Assembly (NCBI GenBank): GCA_043228905.1
Contig: JBHGNT010000001.1
Coordinates: 3,720,001 to 3,784,000, forward strand
Direction: 5' to 3'
DNA: 64,000 nucleotides
DNA from: Azolla caroliniana
Lineage: Eukaryota; Plantae; Polypodiophyta
Shown: positions 13,895 through 27,100 of the stretch, one piece after another
Numbering within the stretch: the stretch's first letter is position 1
Layout: the number at the start of each line of letters is the position of its first letter
Made by a program: the position numbers and the translations under genes
The notes under the pieces: generated by a model
Databases searched by the model: none
What the model was told of the DNA's origin: nothing
What the model saw: the letters and a program-made list of their open reading frames with translations, nothing else

Positions 13895-15345
13895 TTACTT
13901 CTTCCCACCACTAGCACCACTTTTCTTCAACCCAGCCCCTGCAAAGGTACCTTTGCCTGAAGCCTTTGCTTTCAATTCCTTCAAAGCCTATCATCACCAT
14001 TGTAACCACATGCACCATAGTTCATAAATGACAATACTCATTCAACTCGCAAGTGCAGAGACAAAACAAGATTATTGAAAGAAATAACGCTCACCTTTTC
14101 CTCTTCCTTCTTTTTCTGAAGGAAAGCTTTGTCTTCCTGTTATGAAAGATATTATAAGACAACCAATATAAAGAGCAAATTGACATGATGTCTATAGAAT
14201 CATCAGAGCATAATACAATTAAGTGTAGAACTGGCTATCCGTCCAGTTCATCAATCAATAACCACGCTTTCCAATTTTATGGAGAACAGAATTAATTATA
14301 CAAAAGTATATAAGCCATTCTGCATAGAGATCATGGACTTCGTAAGTATGAGGATCTCTTTGTCCTGTGCCAGTTTGGATGTACATGTTACCATGTGTAT
14401 GTGCTGCTATATAACTTAGCGAACATGTATGTGTACATGAATATGCAACAAAATTTATAATCCAAGTTCGAAACAAGGAGATATGATAGATATATTTGAG
14501 CTCGTTCATACAACAATTCAACGATTCAATGGTAGATATGCTTGAAAGGATATGTAACAATGCAGTTACAAGATAATGAAACTCTCTCAACTCAAAAAAA
14601 CAAATATGTGTGTGTGACTGAGGACTATGTCTATACATACCTACACAGATATCTTTTTAATAGTTACATATACACCAAAGAACTCTACAAGATTATGGCC
14701 ATCTATGTCAATAGGTCAACAATTCAACAATTCAATAGGACAGTCGCAATAAATACAAGAAAAGAGAATCTCTATCGAAAATAGATGCAATGTCCTCATA
14801 TATCTGTGTTGTACACATGAAAATCTTACCTTTAACTATATTTCTGCGTTACACACATGAAAATTTTATATTTAACTATATTTCTGCTTTACAAACATCA
14901 AAATCTTAACTTTAACTATATACATAACCTCGAAATTGGAGAAAGAAGGATTCGTTTGCATTTTGAGTCAGTATTTCCTATTCTTACTTCATCAATAAAT
15001 ATGCCTTACTAGATCAATAGGTGTGTGTTATTAGACTAACAAAAGAAGAGCATTTAATGGTAACAATCAAGCAGAACAATAGACGCAGGAAGATGCGATG
15101 CTAAATCCAGACTATAAATCAAAGGAAAAGAAGAAAAGTTACCTCGTCGTATTCTTTCTTCTCTGTTTTGGGGGCCTTCATAGGTTTAAGCTTCCCACCT
15201 GTCACCGAAAGAAAAGGCCGATCAAAGAACCGGTATCGAGAGAGAAACATCAGAAGGAAACAAAAGACGGAGAAGATGTAGGGGATGAAGAAAGATAAGA
15301 AATAAGGAAAGGAGAATGGCATAACATACCCTGCTTCGACGACAT
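13895..15345 (-). CDS. TMA7: Translation machinery-associated protein 7 (68 aa)
   Basis: Exons 15345-15330, 15198-15143, 14136-14095, 13987-13895 give [68 protein letters not shown], the recognisable TMA7 sequence. Confidence 0.95.
14813..14925. repeat. Three ~39-bp tandem copies in TMA7 intron 2
   Basis: The unit acacatgaaaatcttacctttaactatatttctgc is repeated with mismatches. Confidence 0.8.
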
Positions 15346-15377
15346 CGCGGCGTGCAGAGGTGTAATCAGAAAACAGG

Positions 15378-15386
15378 TTAGGGTTT
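15378..15386 (-). promoter_or_regulatory. Telo-box (AAACCCTAA) in TMA7 5' region
   Basis: TTAGGGTTT on + lies ~33 bp upstream of the ATG. Telo-boxes are typical of plant translation-related genes. Confidence 0.6.
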
Positions 15387-17146
15387 CGTCTTCGTGTTAT
15401 GCTGACCAATTCACAATATACGCATTATGTATGTATGTGCGAATATGTTTGCATATATATACATAGTAACATATATAATATATGTATGTATGTATGTATG
15501 TATGTATACACATATGTATATGTACATATGTGTATACATACATACATATAGATAGATAGATAGATACATGTATAGAGCTAATTTTATATACTAGCCATAG
15601 GGGTGGCTAATATGCTGTTGTCAAAGCTGCCTACATGTGGCATTGGCCCATTTACATGATTCTCTTGATCACTAACTTAGGGGCAGAAGCACACGCTACT
15701 AGTCCCTTTGTGAACATTGATATGGTCGATAGTTCCCCGCGCAGTTTGTGCTCACATGGCAACATCTCATAGGACACACACACGCGCATGCACACACACA
15801 CACAAAACATGGCGATCTTGATTGAGAGTTCACAAAGACTTTCAAGGTGGACACATGTTAAAAACTTTCTCATGTCCGCCACCAAGCAATTGCAAGTTGC
15901 AACTAAAAGATTTCCTCCTAACACTTGGTCTTCCATATATCATGAACATTAGCTCCATTTGTTTCCTTCTTTTTCAACGAGATGGGTATATATTTATGAA
16001 CCAAATCCCATGGCCCTCGCCATGACTACAAATCAATACTGAGATAAAGTTGTAAGAACAATAGCATGGACGTCAATTCTCCGATTAATGGCTATGTAAA
16101 TTTCAACGCATTGGTTAATACATGATTTCATATATTCACATTAACTATATTTCTAAACCACAATTGTGCTCAAATGTTCATATTCTATTACATTTAAACA
16201 CCCAAAAGTGTGGATGTACAAAATCTACTTATAAATAATTAGTTATAATCTTTAATTGCTACTCATCAATGTCCTTAGAAATATGAATGTGAATATGAAT
16301 CATGATCAACAATCTTACCAATAAATGAGAATGGATTTTCCAAACATCTCTGATGCTAATGATATCTAAGAGGGGAAATGTGATGAAATCCAAAACATTA
16401 TAAAAGTAGCTAGTATAATAACCCATATGGGAGAGGATGTACATAAATATATGTTTGATTGTACACGTTAAAAAGCCTACATGTATTTTGAATTCGAGGA
16501 ATATATTAATGTATTTCATACAAAATAATAAAAACAATGGCACATAGTACTGCCCATATCAGATATACAAGAGGCGTGAATGACAATGTGCACAATAAAA
16601 AACTACATTTACCACAGATGTGATCCCTCTTAAGAATGAGATTCACATTGCTTCCCATGATACCATGGACTTGTAGCGGAATGAAGCTTAACCAAAGACT
16701 TGTGAATCTAACATCCAAGAGAATAGTAGCATTGGAAGATATTACTAGATAAGTCTTCCAAATATTCTAACATAGCATGTATGCATCGAGCAAATAGTAG
16801 CTGAAAATTCATATTGCACCCATGAAATCCACCATGTAATTACCAATTTTAGAACAATTACGGATATTTTCCATTTCAAGAAAGGATTTGAATATGCACA
16901 ATTTCTCGCCAAACATAGGCAAGCACAAGCTTTATATCGTCATGGCAATTAACCTTTTTATCGCAAAGATTTTACAACATCAAGATGAAAAGGAAACCAA
17001 ACGTAAAACACTTTCTTTGCTTGTTCCAAATGGGAAATCTCTACCTCCTTGGGAGGCAATTGTAATAATAGATTGTAATTTTCAAACTAGATCCCCATTC
17101 TCATCAACCCAAACAAATTTCATACTTCTAATTGATGTAATGTTTT

Positions 17147-17228
17147 CATGATATGCACAAGAAATGGGTGATTCTTAATCATGATGTGCACAAGAAATGG
17201 CTTATTCTCAATCATGATGTACAGAAAT
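17147..17228. repeat. Three ~32-bp tandem copies
   Basis: catgat.tgcacaagaaatgg...attct.aat unit. Confidence 0.75.
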
Positions 17229-17849
17229 ATTGATTATGTTCGTTATGATATAACTATTATTGTTATCTTAGACTGCTTATACGCATAATCAACAATTCAT
17301 ATGAATAGTTCCATAACGACGATGCATGGTTAAAATTACAACAAAAACCAGAATAATCTAGCATTTCTCCAAACATAAAAATGCAATAAAAAACATTGGA
17401 ATTTAGATCAATTTTATTCCGATGTATAAAGGGGAAAGTGCTTATTTCTCACCAATTAACAACAAAAATGTAAGAATGCTCTAGTCAAAAGATTACTCAT
17501 ATACTGCAAGTTGTAAGGAAAGAGTTTGATTCAAAAAATTCTAAAGATCCTCAGTAATGCATACATAAACAAGTTTACCCATTATGAAATGGTTTCATTA
17601 ATTCAATCAATATGAAAAAGAAAGTCGGAAGGCTCCCAGCATCATACATTGTAAGAAGATTTATACATATGCAAGAGTAGGGTAAAATGCTACCCCATCT
17701 TGAATCAGAGCCCATAATGTACTTGTAGCGTTAAATAGATACACCATAAGAGCATTAATGTCCGCTACTTCTGAGATTACACAGAGAGATGGAATAATAG
17801 TTAAATAATGTATTCACCATATTGCTTGGCATCTCTGGTAGAGGCAAAA

Positions 17850-18821
17850 TCATGACTGTGAAATAGGCAATTCAGGACCAATATGAACATCCAACCACGA
17901 CGCAATATCAGCGAGAATGATTGATACATTCTCATCGGGCTCACCTTGAAGGAGAGAATGCATCATTCCTTTGTAAATCCTAATGCTCTTATCGCTACTC
18001 TTAGCATTCTCATATAGAGCTTGGCTAACATTAGGGTCAGTGACCACATCAGCATCCCCATGTAGAACCAAGAAGGGAAAATCCACATCTTTCAAGTGTT
18101 TTTCGATGTAAGAAGTAGTCTTAAGAATTGCACTGACGGTGCCAAGCCTGGGTTTTCCATTATATCTCATCGGGTTATGTCGTCCCAGCTCTCTCTTTTT
18201 AGGGTCTTTTATAGACATATCCACAAGATCTTTTGTGGGTAAAATAGCCCATTTGGGAAACCAGACTACCATGAATCTTAGTATCGATACAATGGGCCAT
18301 GGTAAAAGCATATTATCTGATAACTTACACATAGGAGAGACCAAAATAGCACCATCCCAGGTTTGAGGAGCCTTGAAATGAAGCAAAAGGCAAATAGCTC
18401 CACCCATGGATTCTCCGTACAGGAAACAGGGGAGATGTGAATACTCTGTTTTCTGCTTGATAGAAGAGAAATACGAGAAACAATCTTCTGCCACCACATC
18501 TAGGTCAGGGGTGAATCCAATTAAGCCACCTGATTGGCCATGGCCTTCTAGATCTAAAGAAAATGAAGCAAGACCCATCTGCGTGAAGAGGATAGCTGTG
18601 TTCTGGAAGGTCCAGCTAGTGTTATTTCCGTAGCCATGGACCATGAAGAGGAGAGCTCTGATGGGTTTGTGTAAAGGAATCCATGACTGTGTGAAGAGCT
18701 TTATACCTCGTCCAGAGTCGATGAATCCGCGTTCATTTTTGACTCCATTGTGAGCATAGTGTTCTTCTTCAGGTGTATACCCCCATGGAAATGGTGGAAT
18801 CTGATGATCAGAAGAAGCCAT
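17850..18821 (-). CDS. Alpha/beta hydrolase, monoacylglycerol lipase / caffeoyl-shikimate-esterase family (MAGL1-like), intronless
   Basis: 323-aa ORF with HGYGNNTSWTFQ, DLEGHGQS, nucleophile elbow GESMGG, HGDADVVTDP (catalytic Asp) and GMMHSL (catalytic His). Confidence 0.95.
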   Translation of the reverse strand: MASSDHQIPPFPWGYTPEEEHYAHNGVKNERGFIDSGRGIKLFTQSWIPLHKPIRALLFMVHGYGNNTSWTFQNTAILFTQMGLASFSLDLEGHGQSGGLIGFTPDLDVVAEDCFSYFSSIKQKTEYSHLPCFLYGESMGGAICLLLHFKAPQTWDGAILVSPMCKLSDNMLLPWPIVSILRFMVVWFPKWAILPTKDLVDMSIKDPKKRELGRHNPMRYNGKPRLGTVSAILKTTSYIEKHLKDVDFPFLVLHGDADVVTDPNVSQALYENAKSSDKSIRIYKGMMHSLLQGEPDENVSIILADIASWLDVHIGPELPISQS

Positions 18822-18827
18822 AACGCC

Positions 18828-19235
18828 TCGAGATCGAGGTCGAGATTGTGAGAGAGGGATTACTTATATGTGTATCGTAACAGTGTATGTACCTACCTAT
18901 CGTATGAGTTCTAATCGCAATATATGAAGGAACACACGGGCATAAACACATCAAGTTATACCATCGTGGTGTAAATGCACACGCAATGTATGAAGAAACC
19001 TAGGGTCCTCGAAATAGCTAGCAAAAATGTGCCCATGGAGCACTTCGAGATCAAGGTCAAGATTGAGAGAGAGAGAGAGAGAGAGAGAGATTATTTATAT
19101 GTGTATGTAACTGTCACATGAATTTTAATCGCAATATATGAAGGAACACATTGGTATGACACATAAACACATCAAGTTATGCAATGTATGAAGAAACCTA
19201 TGGTCCTAGAAATAGTGGGCAAACATGTGCCCACG
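18828..19235. repeat. Diverged tandem duplication (~210 bp) immediately upstream of the MAGL ATG
   Basis: cgagatc.aggtc.agattg..agagag..atta.ttatatgtgtat...taatcgcaatatatgaaggaacaca...cataaacacatcaagttat...gcaatgtatgaagaaaccta.ggtcct.gaaatag occurs at ~18828 and ~19046. Confidence 0.85.
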
Positions 19236-20580
19236 AACACTCTCTCAATTGTTGGTCGATGTTGTGAATGGAGTTCCATCTTCTTTTACCAAACCTCGAA
19301 CTTCCATTTGGGTTTGACAGGGTTTTTTGCATTGAAGTCCATCTTCTTCTACAGGGCCAACAACTTATTTACTAGCTTTGTTGAAGTTGGAGATGGGATC
19401 CATGATGGTGTGGGCTACAAGTTCATTGGTTGCAATGATGATAGATATCTTTGATAAATTGCATGACAATGAAAAGTGCAAAGTTATTTTTATAGAACCC
19501 CCTAGAAAGAAGCCAAAAAGGGTAGTTGTAGGAGGAGAGTATAGAGTAGCTAGATCCAAACTCAAGGTAAGATCATTCATTCAAATACAAGTATTAGGAA
19601 TATAATACACACGCACACAACATGTATTGCATGACGAAGTTGCTGTGGTATGAACAATAATGTGAGAAGTAGAAAATATGACAAAATAAGAGAGGATGGA
19701 AAAGGAGCTTTTCAAACGAGTTGCAAAAGGGCATTGCTTTCAAGCACAAGGATAAGGAATATATCACAAGCACATCATTGATGCATTATGTACATGGCAA
19801 ACGTCATATAAATAACCAAAAGAGGACTCGGGAGGAGAAAAGGCAAACATTCACGAACAAGATTCCAAATATACATGCCAACATGTGAGGCCATGGCAGT
19901 GGAGCGTGAGATTGAAATGATGGTTTCAAGCAAACGGGACGGGAACGGAAAATTGGTAAGAAAGGTAAGGGCTTCAAGCAAACATGGAACACGAGGAGGA
20001 GTTCCGGAATATAGAAGCAACATACATTATTTACGAAAAGAGGGGGGGGACGGGGGGGAGGTTATGCTAATCAATAATAAGCATGAGAAGCGTCTCTTAG
20101 GTAGCAGGAGAACGCATTATTGGGAAGCGAAAAAAATAAAGCAGTAAAAGACATTTAGTGTCTAATGTTTTAAACCGGGTGGTCTGGCTGGGAGCACAGA
20201 CAGGTCTTTCTTTGGGCCACATCCCAATCCCAACCCATCGGCGCGCGGCTATTCGTGGGCCCCAAAGATACCGCCTCCGCTAGCCCACATGTCTGCCCAT
20301 CCCGCCTCACATATAAAATAAACAATCACGAACAAACAGCAGCACAGCCAAATTTCTTAATCTCGAAGACAAACTACTCAGTGGCTTCTTCTTCTCCTCT
20401 CAACTCTTTTTTCAACCTCCCCCCCCCCCCGAGAATCTTCGGTAGTTCACTCTCTCTCTCTCTCTGGGTTCCTCCCTGTCGTAGTAACCTAATTAATGCT
20501 GCTAGGGTTTCTAGTTCAGTGCCTCCATGTCTAATGACGCTGATTCTCTGTATGTGTGCCGTGCCGTCTTGTGTTGCTTA

Positions 20581-20808
20581 ATGCAGGATAGCTACATGGA
20601 TTCCTCCTCCTCCATATCCAGCTCCAGCTCCAGCTCCAGCTCGTGCACAAGCTCGCATGTCAAGCCACAGCAGTGTTTGTGCACGCCCACGACACACGCA
20701 GGATCCTTCCGCTGCCGCCTCCATCGCTCCAACTCCTTTAGGAAGAAGCCATGGGAGAAAGATGTGGCGCCGCCACCTACTGCCACCCCCACCATCCAAG
20801 CCCAATAA
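20581..20808 (+). CDS. Small plant serine-rich protein with CLCxPTTHxGSFRCRLHR motif
   Basis: MQDSYMDSSSSISSSSSSSSSCTSSHVKPQQCLCTPTTHAGSFRCRLHRSNSFRKKPWEK... The start could also be 20527 or 20596. A TATA-like tataaaata lies at ~20312. Confidence 0.85.
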   Translation: MQDSYMDSSSSISSSSSSSSSCTSSHVKPQQCLCTPTTHAGSFRCRLHRSNSFRKKPWEKDVAPPPTATPTIQAQ

Positions 20809-23800
20809 CTCCCATCTATCTCTAACTTTGGTTGCTTTTTCGCATTTCCTTTCCTGCATGGTAGATGTTTGCTGTATATACTCATTTCTCGTGTAGTTCA
20901 CCGACAGTCCATCCTGATACACTAATATCCTCTCGTCTTCTTCAATTAACTCTCCAATTGTGTCTTGTTGTGGATACACTCGCACCACTATCCTCGCATC
21001 TTCTTCAATTAGCTCTCCAATTGTATCAATTGTTGTGGATAGATTCGCGTTTGGTTGGTTCATGATCCTTTCATCCGTATTTCATCCTCCATCCTTTTGC
21101 ATTATCCCGTGGGAACAACAGATTAGCACCCATTCGCACCACCTATCGATTTCTCTTTACAATTGCTTGTCTCATTAGAAAATAGTAGGCGATGCTTGGA
21201 CATGCAGACAACTTCCTCTCCCGCCACTAATTACCAGAACAAGGTGGTTCCCTCAATCGATCTATGAAAAATGGCATCTAATTTGCAAAAACATTTTCTT
21301 TTGCTCATTCAAAGAAATATGTTTTTGGTTTTTAAAGTTTTTGTTCTTTTTCCACAATTCCTTGGACCTTCTATTGATGAACTTTGGACAATATTACATT
21401 GAACCATATGAATGCTCGATGAAGTGTACTATATTTTGAATCGTTTGGCCCTTTCTTGTGCAATATGTTGTCTTGAATCCCACCAAATTTCAATAACACT
21501 TCTCTTTGGGTTTTCAAGGAATCATGTTTGAGTTATTAAGACTTCTTGTCATTTGTCCTTGAAACTCCTTGGAGTTTATGAAAAGAACTAACAACTTTGC
21601 ACACGCAAATGTATTGCTCCTTGAAACTACTTGGAGTTTATGAAAAGAACCAACAACTTGACAAACACAAATGTATTGCTGGTCTCTCAACAAAATATTC
21701 AAACACCTTGATGTGTCATGTTTAGGGTTTAGTATTTGAGGGCGCCACCAACATAGCCTTTTTTTATCTTTGTGGTCCACCAACCGTTGAGTGAAATGTA
21801 ATATAACCTAGTAAGTTAGTAACGTGAGCACTACATTGCAACCTAAATGCATCGAGATTCAAGGTAATGATCGATTTAAATCTCGCCACATTTGGACCTT
21901 GATGGTCTTGTTTGCTTAGTGCTCTTGCATACTCCTTTTTGTTGTTGGAATCTTATCCTAGTGTGAGAGGGCATCTTGAGAAAGGCAACTCCAAAGTCTT
22001 AAAATCATACTAATGTGATTTAGAAGTTCATTGTCTAACCCTTTCCTTCGTCAAGAGTGAATAATTTACCCTTACATGGCCTTGGATGAACTCAATGCTC
22101 CTTTCTTCTGATTTTTCATTTAATAATGACAAACCATTGAGTTGAGGGGCCTCAACATATAATTCGCTTAGTTCATTTTTTACTGCCTATAGGACAAGGA
22201 TAGTGGCAAAGCAAATTCTTTATGCAAAAGTGAAGCACAATGTTGTCTAAAAAAGTGCAACAAGTATATACATATGAATTACATCATTAGTCGCATTGGG
22301 ATGCCTTGCTATGTATGTGCCAAAGCTCATATACATACAAACACTCATGCCCAAGAGATTCTTTACCTTCTTGAGTTTATCCTACCCAACTTGATTTTAT
22401 GTGAATCAAAATTTTGGATATTGTGACTCTAATGAGACAATATATCATATAGATCCATCATAAACATTACGATCTTGATTAAAGTAACATTGGACAAGTA
22501 ATCTTGAGTTGGGAGACAATAAATGTAGCCCCAACCAAAGTTTACTTTTCTGCTAATTGCGTGAAATCGTTCAATTAAATATTGTCTAAGATTCAAATAG
22601 CTAAAAAAAAAAATGCACTTTTGAACAATTGAAGCTTTTATTTTCTCTAGGTATAAATTATAATATGTACTATTGTGCACAACATAAAACACGATATATA
22701 AAACAATGTTGGGACAAACTTCATGAAGGCATTGAGACTCAACTTTAGTTTCTTGAATTTTCATGAGCAAACTTGATAATGGTTCACCATGAAAACGTAA
22801 AGGTCAAAAGTTGAATCTATCAAGTGGATCCTTTTTCCGTGCAACAAATGCTTGATGTGAAGCCTCGAGAGTCTCAACTCGAGACAACCTAATCCATTGC
22901 ATGTTCGATATTCATAAGGATGCCCTTGAGCCTCAAACTTTTGAATGTTGTGGAACATGGACCTAATCCATGGCATGGATGGGCTAGGCCACCTTAAAAA
23001 TGCTATCGATATGCTCTCGAATGTGAGGCTGAACGATCCACAAAGGAGATGTCCTCTTCTATCGAGGAGAAGGGCGAGGCGACCTCTCATCTTTTGTTGT
23101 TTGCGGAGGCAGAGGTTAAAATTGTGAAGTTTGTTTTCCGTGCAAAGGACATTGTGGCTTTTATGAATATCCGAGGTTAAAATTGTGAAGTTTTTTTTTT
23201 TGTGCCAAGGACATTGGCTTTTTATCAATTAAATGTGTAGTTTCGGGGTTGCCGATCTGTAGCAATTCAAGTGTAATAGAGCGATCTCGCGAGAAGACAA
23301 AAAAAAAAGAGGATGCAAAATGCTTCTTAGCCCTAAACTTTGATTGTGTGTCGGCATCGTCTTGTATGGAGAGAAAGGAGAAGTGAAGGTTATGGAAAGA
23401 ATGAACGCCACCTGATTAAAGTACAATGGCCAGCCTTTTCGTATTTGGAGTTTGCTCTTTGTCTCTGAGACAAAAAAAAAAGGCCAGCCTTCTCGTATTT
23501 CGAGTTTGCTTCTATCTTTATACACAGAAAAATAAAACAAAACCAAAAACGCATGCAAGAGCTCGCGGACATCGTGTTTTTGAAACAAACACCCCCCCAG
23601 AGAGAGAGAGAGAGAGTTTAATTCTTCTTCTTAACTCTCGTGTATACTTATAAGCTATATATAGCTTCGATCTTTAATCCGCGTTTAAAAAGTTTCCCAC
23701 TTTTGCTCTTTCTGTTTTACGAAAGTAAACCTTCGTGGATTCAGCTCCTGCTCATCTCGGTCTTAGATGTTAGAGGCTTCCTTTTTCTTCGTGCAGTAAA

Positions 23801-24110
23801 ACGCTTCTTAATCAGCATTTCTAAGCTTTCGATTCTTCTTCTTCTTCTTCTTCTGGTAATCTCAGCCATAATTACATGCGCATACATGTAAAGCTCCCAT
23901 CCTTCTCTGGTGAGAGAAGCAATCGATTTCTGCTGCTGGATTCTTCTCGTGATTAATTTTAAACAACTTGTGCTATTCTACAGGAAAAGTTTGGATTGAT
24001 CTTCTGGTCATCCCTATTGCTATAAGTCTCTATCGTCGACACCAAATCTTCTTCTCGAAAAGAGAACTCTTCGTTTCTTCTGCTCATTGTACAAGTCTAA
24101 TATATTAAGT

Positions 24111-27100
24111 ATGCGGAAAAACGAATATTTTTCTTCTTTTGGAGGTAATGTCCTCAGCGACGAGGAGGCTCTGGATGCTGATGTTGCAGATCATGGAGAT
24201 GAGATAAGTGATGACGATGATGGGGTGTATAGTCGTGAGCAGAATATCACTACTCAAAGTCGTTCAGGGACTGATCATGACTATACTAAGGATTTCGATG
24301 GATATTATAACATGTGCAGTGCATCTAGCTCTCCTCCAGAATCTCCATCCGCATCATTATTATCAACAACTCCTAAGACCAGTAACAAGGAAACAGCTGG
24401 TAGCTGGCCGCAAACCTACAGGTAGATGCCTACTTCATTTTTATTCCCCAGATAATAATGCATCTTCTATGATCCTTCATTTTCTGATAGATAACGTCTA
24501 TATTTTCTTCAGATTGAGTACAATATATACTTAAATATAAATATTAAATGTAGATGTGAATGCAGATAAATAGTTTATCATACGATTTTGATTCTCTTCC
24601 AGACAACTAGCCAATAATGTTGATGGAACTCAGCAACTTATGCAAAAACTGCAAAATGATGTCATAATCTTCTTGAGGTTCAACATTGTACAGAAAATTC
24701 TTTTTCTCTGACATATAGAACTTTTCATTTGATTGTTGGATTTAGTATGTATTCTTCGTAGTGTAATGCAGAGAAAATGTTCATCATAGTCGATGTTATC
24801 CTGCTACTTAGTTCACTGATAATATTGATGCGATTTAGCATAGTTTTATACAGAAACCGCAAAATGTTGTCACAAAGTTCTTGGAGAGACATTGTAGGAT
24901 ATACAGCAGCCGTTTCTTTGAACTAAATGTAGGATTTTGGACGGGTGCTTCGACTTAAATAGGGTAATGCACAGTGGCTCATCTGCTGTAGGATTTCTAT
25001 TCTCCAGCCAAGATGTATTTCAACAGAATATTATGTGAAGGCTGCAAAATGTTGTTGCTTCTGTGAAGACACACAAAGTACGGAGGAAAACTAATGATAG
25101 ACACTAAAGGTTCCGACTTGGAATGCTACTCTACATATTTAGGACTATTTTAAATTAGCTCCAGTGATACACTGATCACACATGTACAACATAATCATTA
25201 CGTACTTCAAACAAAGTCTTATGTGAAGGTATGAATATGTCGCAATGTGAGGAGCAGAGAGAGACGCATATAACACTCAATATGCCTTTTTCTTCTGACA
25301 AAAAAAGTATATTCTCTTGGATTTAGTACCAACAGGCTTCAATAAAGGATAATGTAGAGTTCTCTGTGTCCGTAGGATAATGTTCTCCTGCTAAGCTCTT
25401 AGATAACTGATAATCATGAAGTAAAACAAAGTTGTACGCAGAAGTTGCAAAATCTGAATTCTCTATTCTACAAACCATGTGTCTAAACTAAAGTATATCA
25501 TCTCATCTGTTAAATACATTTGTAGGCTTAAACATAATACACAAAACTTATCTTTCTTCGGCGGAAATCTGTCTTGTATAAATTTTCCACTAGAGGATAA
25601 TGTAGAGTTCTCCACATCCGTAGGATTAACATTCTCTTGCTAAGCTCTTAGATAACGGATAATCATGAAGTAAAACAAAATTTTATGCAGAAGTTGCAAA
25701 ATCTCAATTGTCTATTCTACAAAACATGTATCTAAACAAAAATATATCATCTCATTTGTTAAATAAGTTTGTAGGCTTAAAAATAATACACAAAACTTAA
25801 TACTTCGGGGCAAATCTGTCTCCTACTGAACAAATTTTTATGCAAAGCTATCTGATTATTATTATATACACTGAACAGGATTGGGTGGGTGGAGTTCACA
25901 CAAAGAAGACCCAGCAAACAATTTCTTCTATCTTTAAATGTATCATCTTGTCTGATTAGTACATATGGCTTCAACACGAATAAGTGTTGATGTTGATGCA
26001 GCGAGGTCATCTTCTGTGGAATTGATATTCGTTTTGATCTTCCAAGCTAAAAAACAATGATAAACTTATGCAATGTTTTATTCACGCTGCAAAAATGTTG
26101 TTGCACTGTTCCTGCAAGCATTGTATATTTATCTTCTTATTGGATTAGTAGATGTAGATTCTAGTTCAGAGAATTGTTCCACCATAGGGTTAACGAAATC
26201 AACATTTATCATAGGTGAATCAATATTCCCTATTATCCATTGTTGATTTTTATTCACCTGCGGTAATTTTTGGAACCAATTCTCTGTTACGTTGGTAATT
26301 TTGAAAGCTCTGTTTATGTCAATTCTCATGAAGACAATACAACCCTTTCATGCCACTCAATCCTACCGAGCTTGCAGAAATATTAATATGCTTGTCAGCA
26401 GACTCTTAGGATGCAAGAAAAAAAAGGTTCAAAATAAGCCATACCCACACGGTTCCATGTTGTGTTCAAAGGTGCAAGCTTATAAAATTTATTCTTCCCA
26501 CCAGTGCATGTTAATATTCGGATGCTTCACATTCCAACTAGTATCTAAATTACTCACATATCAATATAAGGATCCCTTGGAACCATATATTTTTCCATAT
26601 CTATCGATCTGTTTATTGTGAAAATATGCATTTTGCTACAATAATTTGTAACATTTTGATTCTTTCCACAGTTAATAGAATGGAAATACTCTTGCCATCA
26701 TTTTGTTAGATATTTCATAAACCAAGGAGTCTATGAGACGTTGATCATATGAAAAGTGTCTTATTGCCCGAGTATTCAGTTCTATTCAAGGTTTTATCAA
26801 TTTGCATTGTGAAGAAATGCTCTGCCTTGTTTTTTCAAAAGATATTTCTTGCACACAGTCTTCAAAAGATTATTATGACATGGAAAGCTCACAAATTTAT
26901 GTTCTACAGGCAGGCCATGGATATCTATAACATTATAGGATCACCCAGTTTAAGCTCGTCACTTCAGAATTTTCCATACAGGTCAAGAACATTGAGTCAG
27001 AATTCTATTTCAAATGATAAGTTATCCCCACTGGTTGATGAAAATTTGTGGACTAAAGAAGAAAAAGAAGAAACAAATTTGCAAAAGGAAATGTCTTCCA

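Noticed and set aside
14195-14260. Possible intronic C/D snoRNA in TMA7 (TGATGA...CTGA with a 7-bp hairpin on the minus strand)
   Set aside because: Only ~50 nt between the boxes, and no recognisable rRNA guide.
8508-17228. Short tandem repeats as a CRISPR-like array
   Set aside because: Eukaryotic context, no unique spacers and no cas genes.
17850-18821. Calling the hydrolase CSE (lignin pathway)
   Set aside because: HGYGNNTSWTFQ resembles the MAGL1-type paralogues more than the HGYGSDTGW of true CSE. A phylogeny is needed.
20578-21063. 161-aa minus-strand ORF with a repeated DTIGELIEED
   Set aside because: It is antisense to the Ser-rich gene, and the repeat is a ~59-bp DNA duplication in its 3' region.
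22761-23228. 155-aa minus-strand ORF
   Set aside because: No recognisable domain, partly built from tandem repeats; probably decayed repeat DNA.
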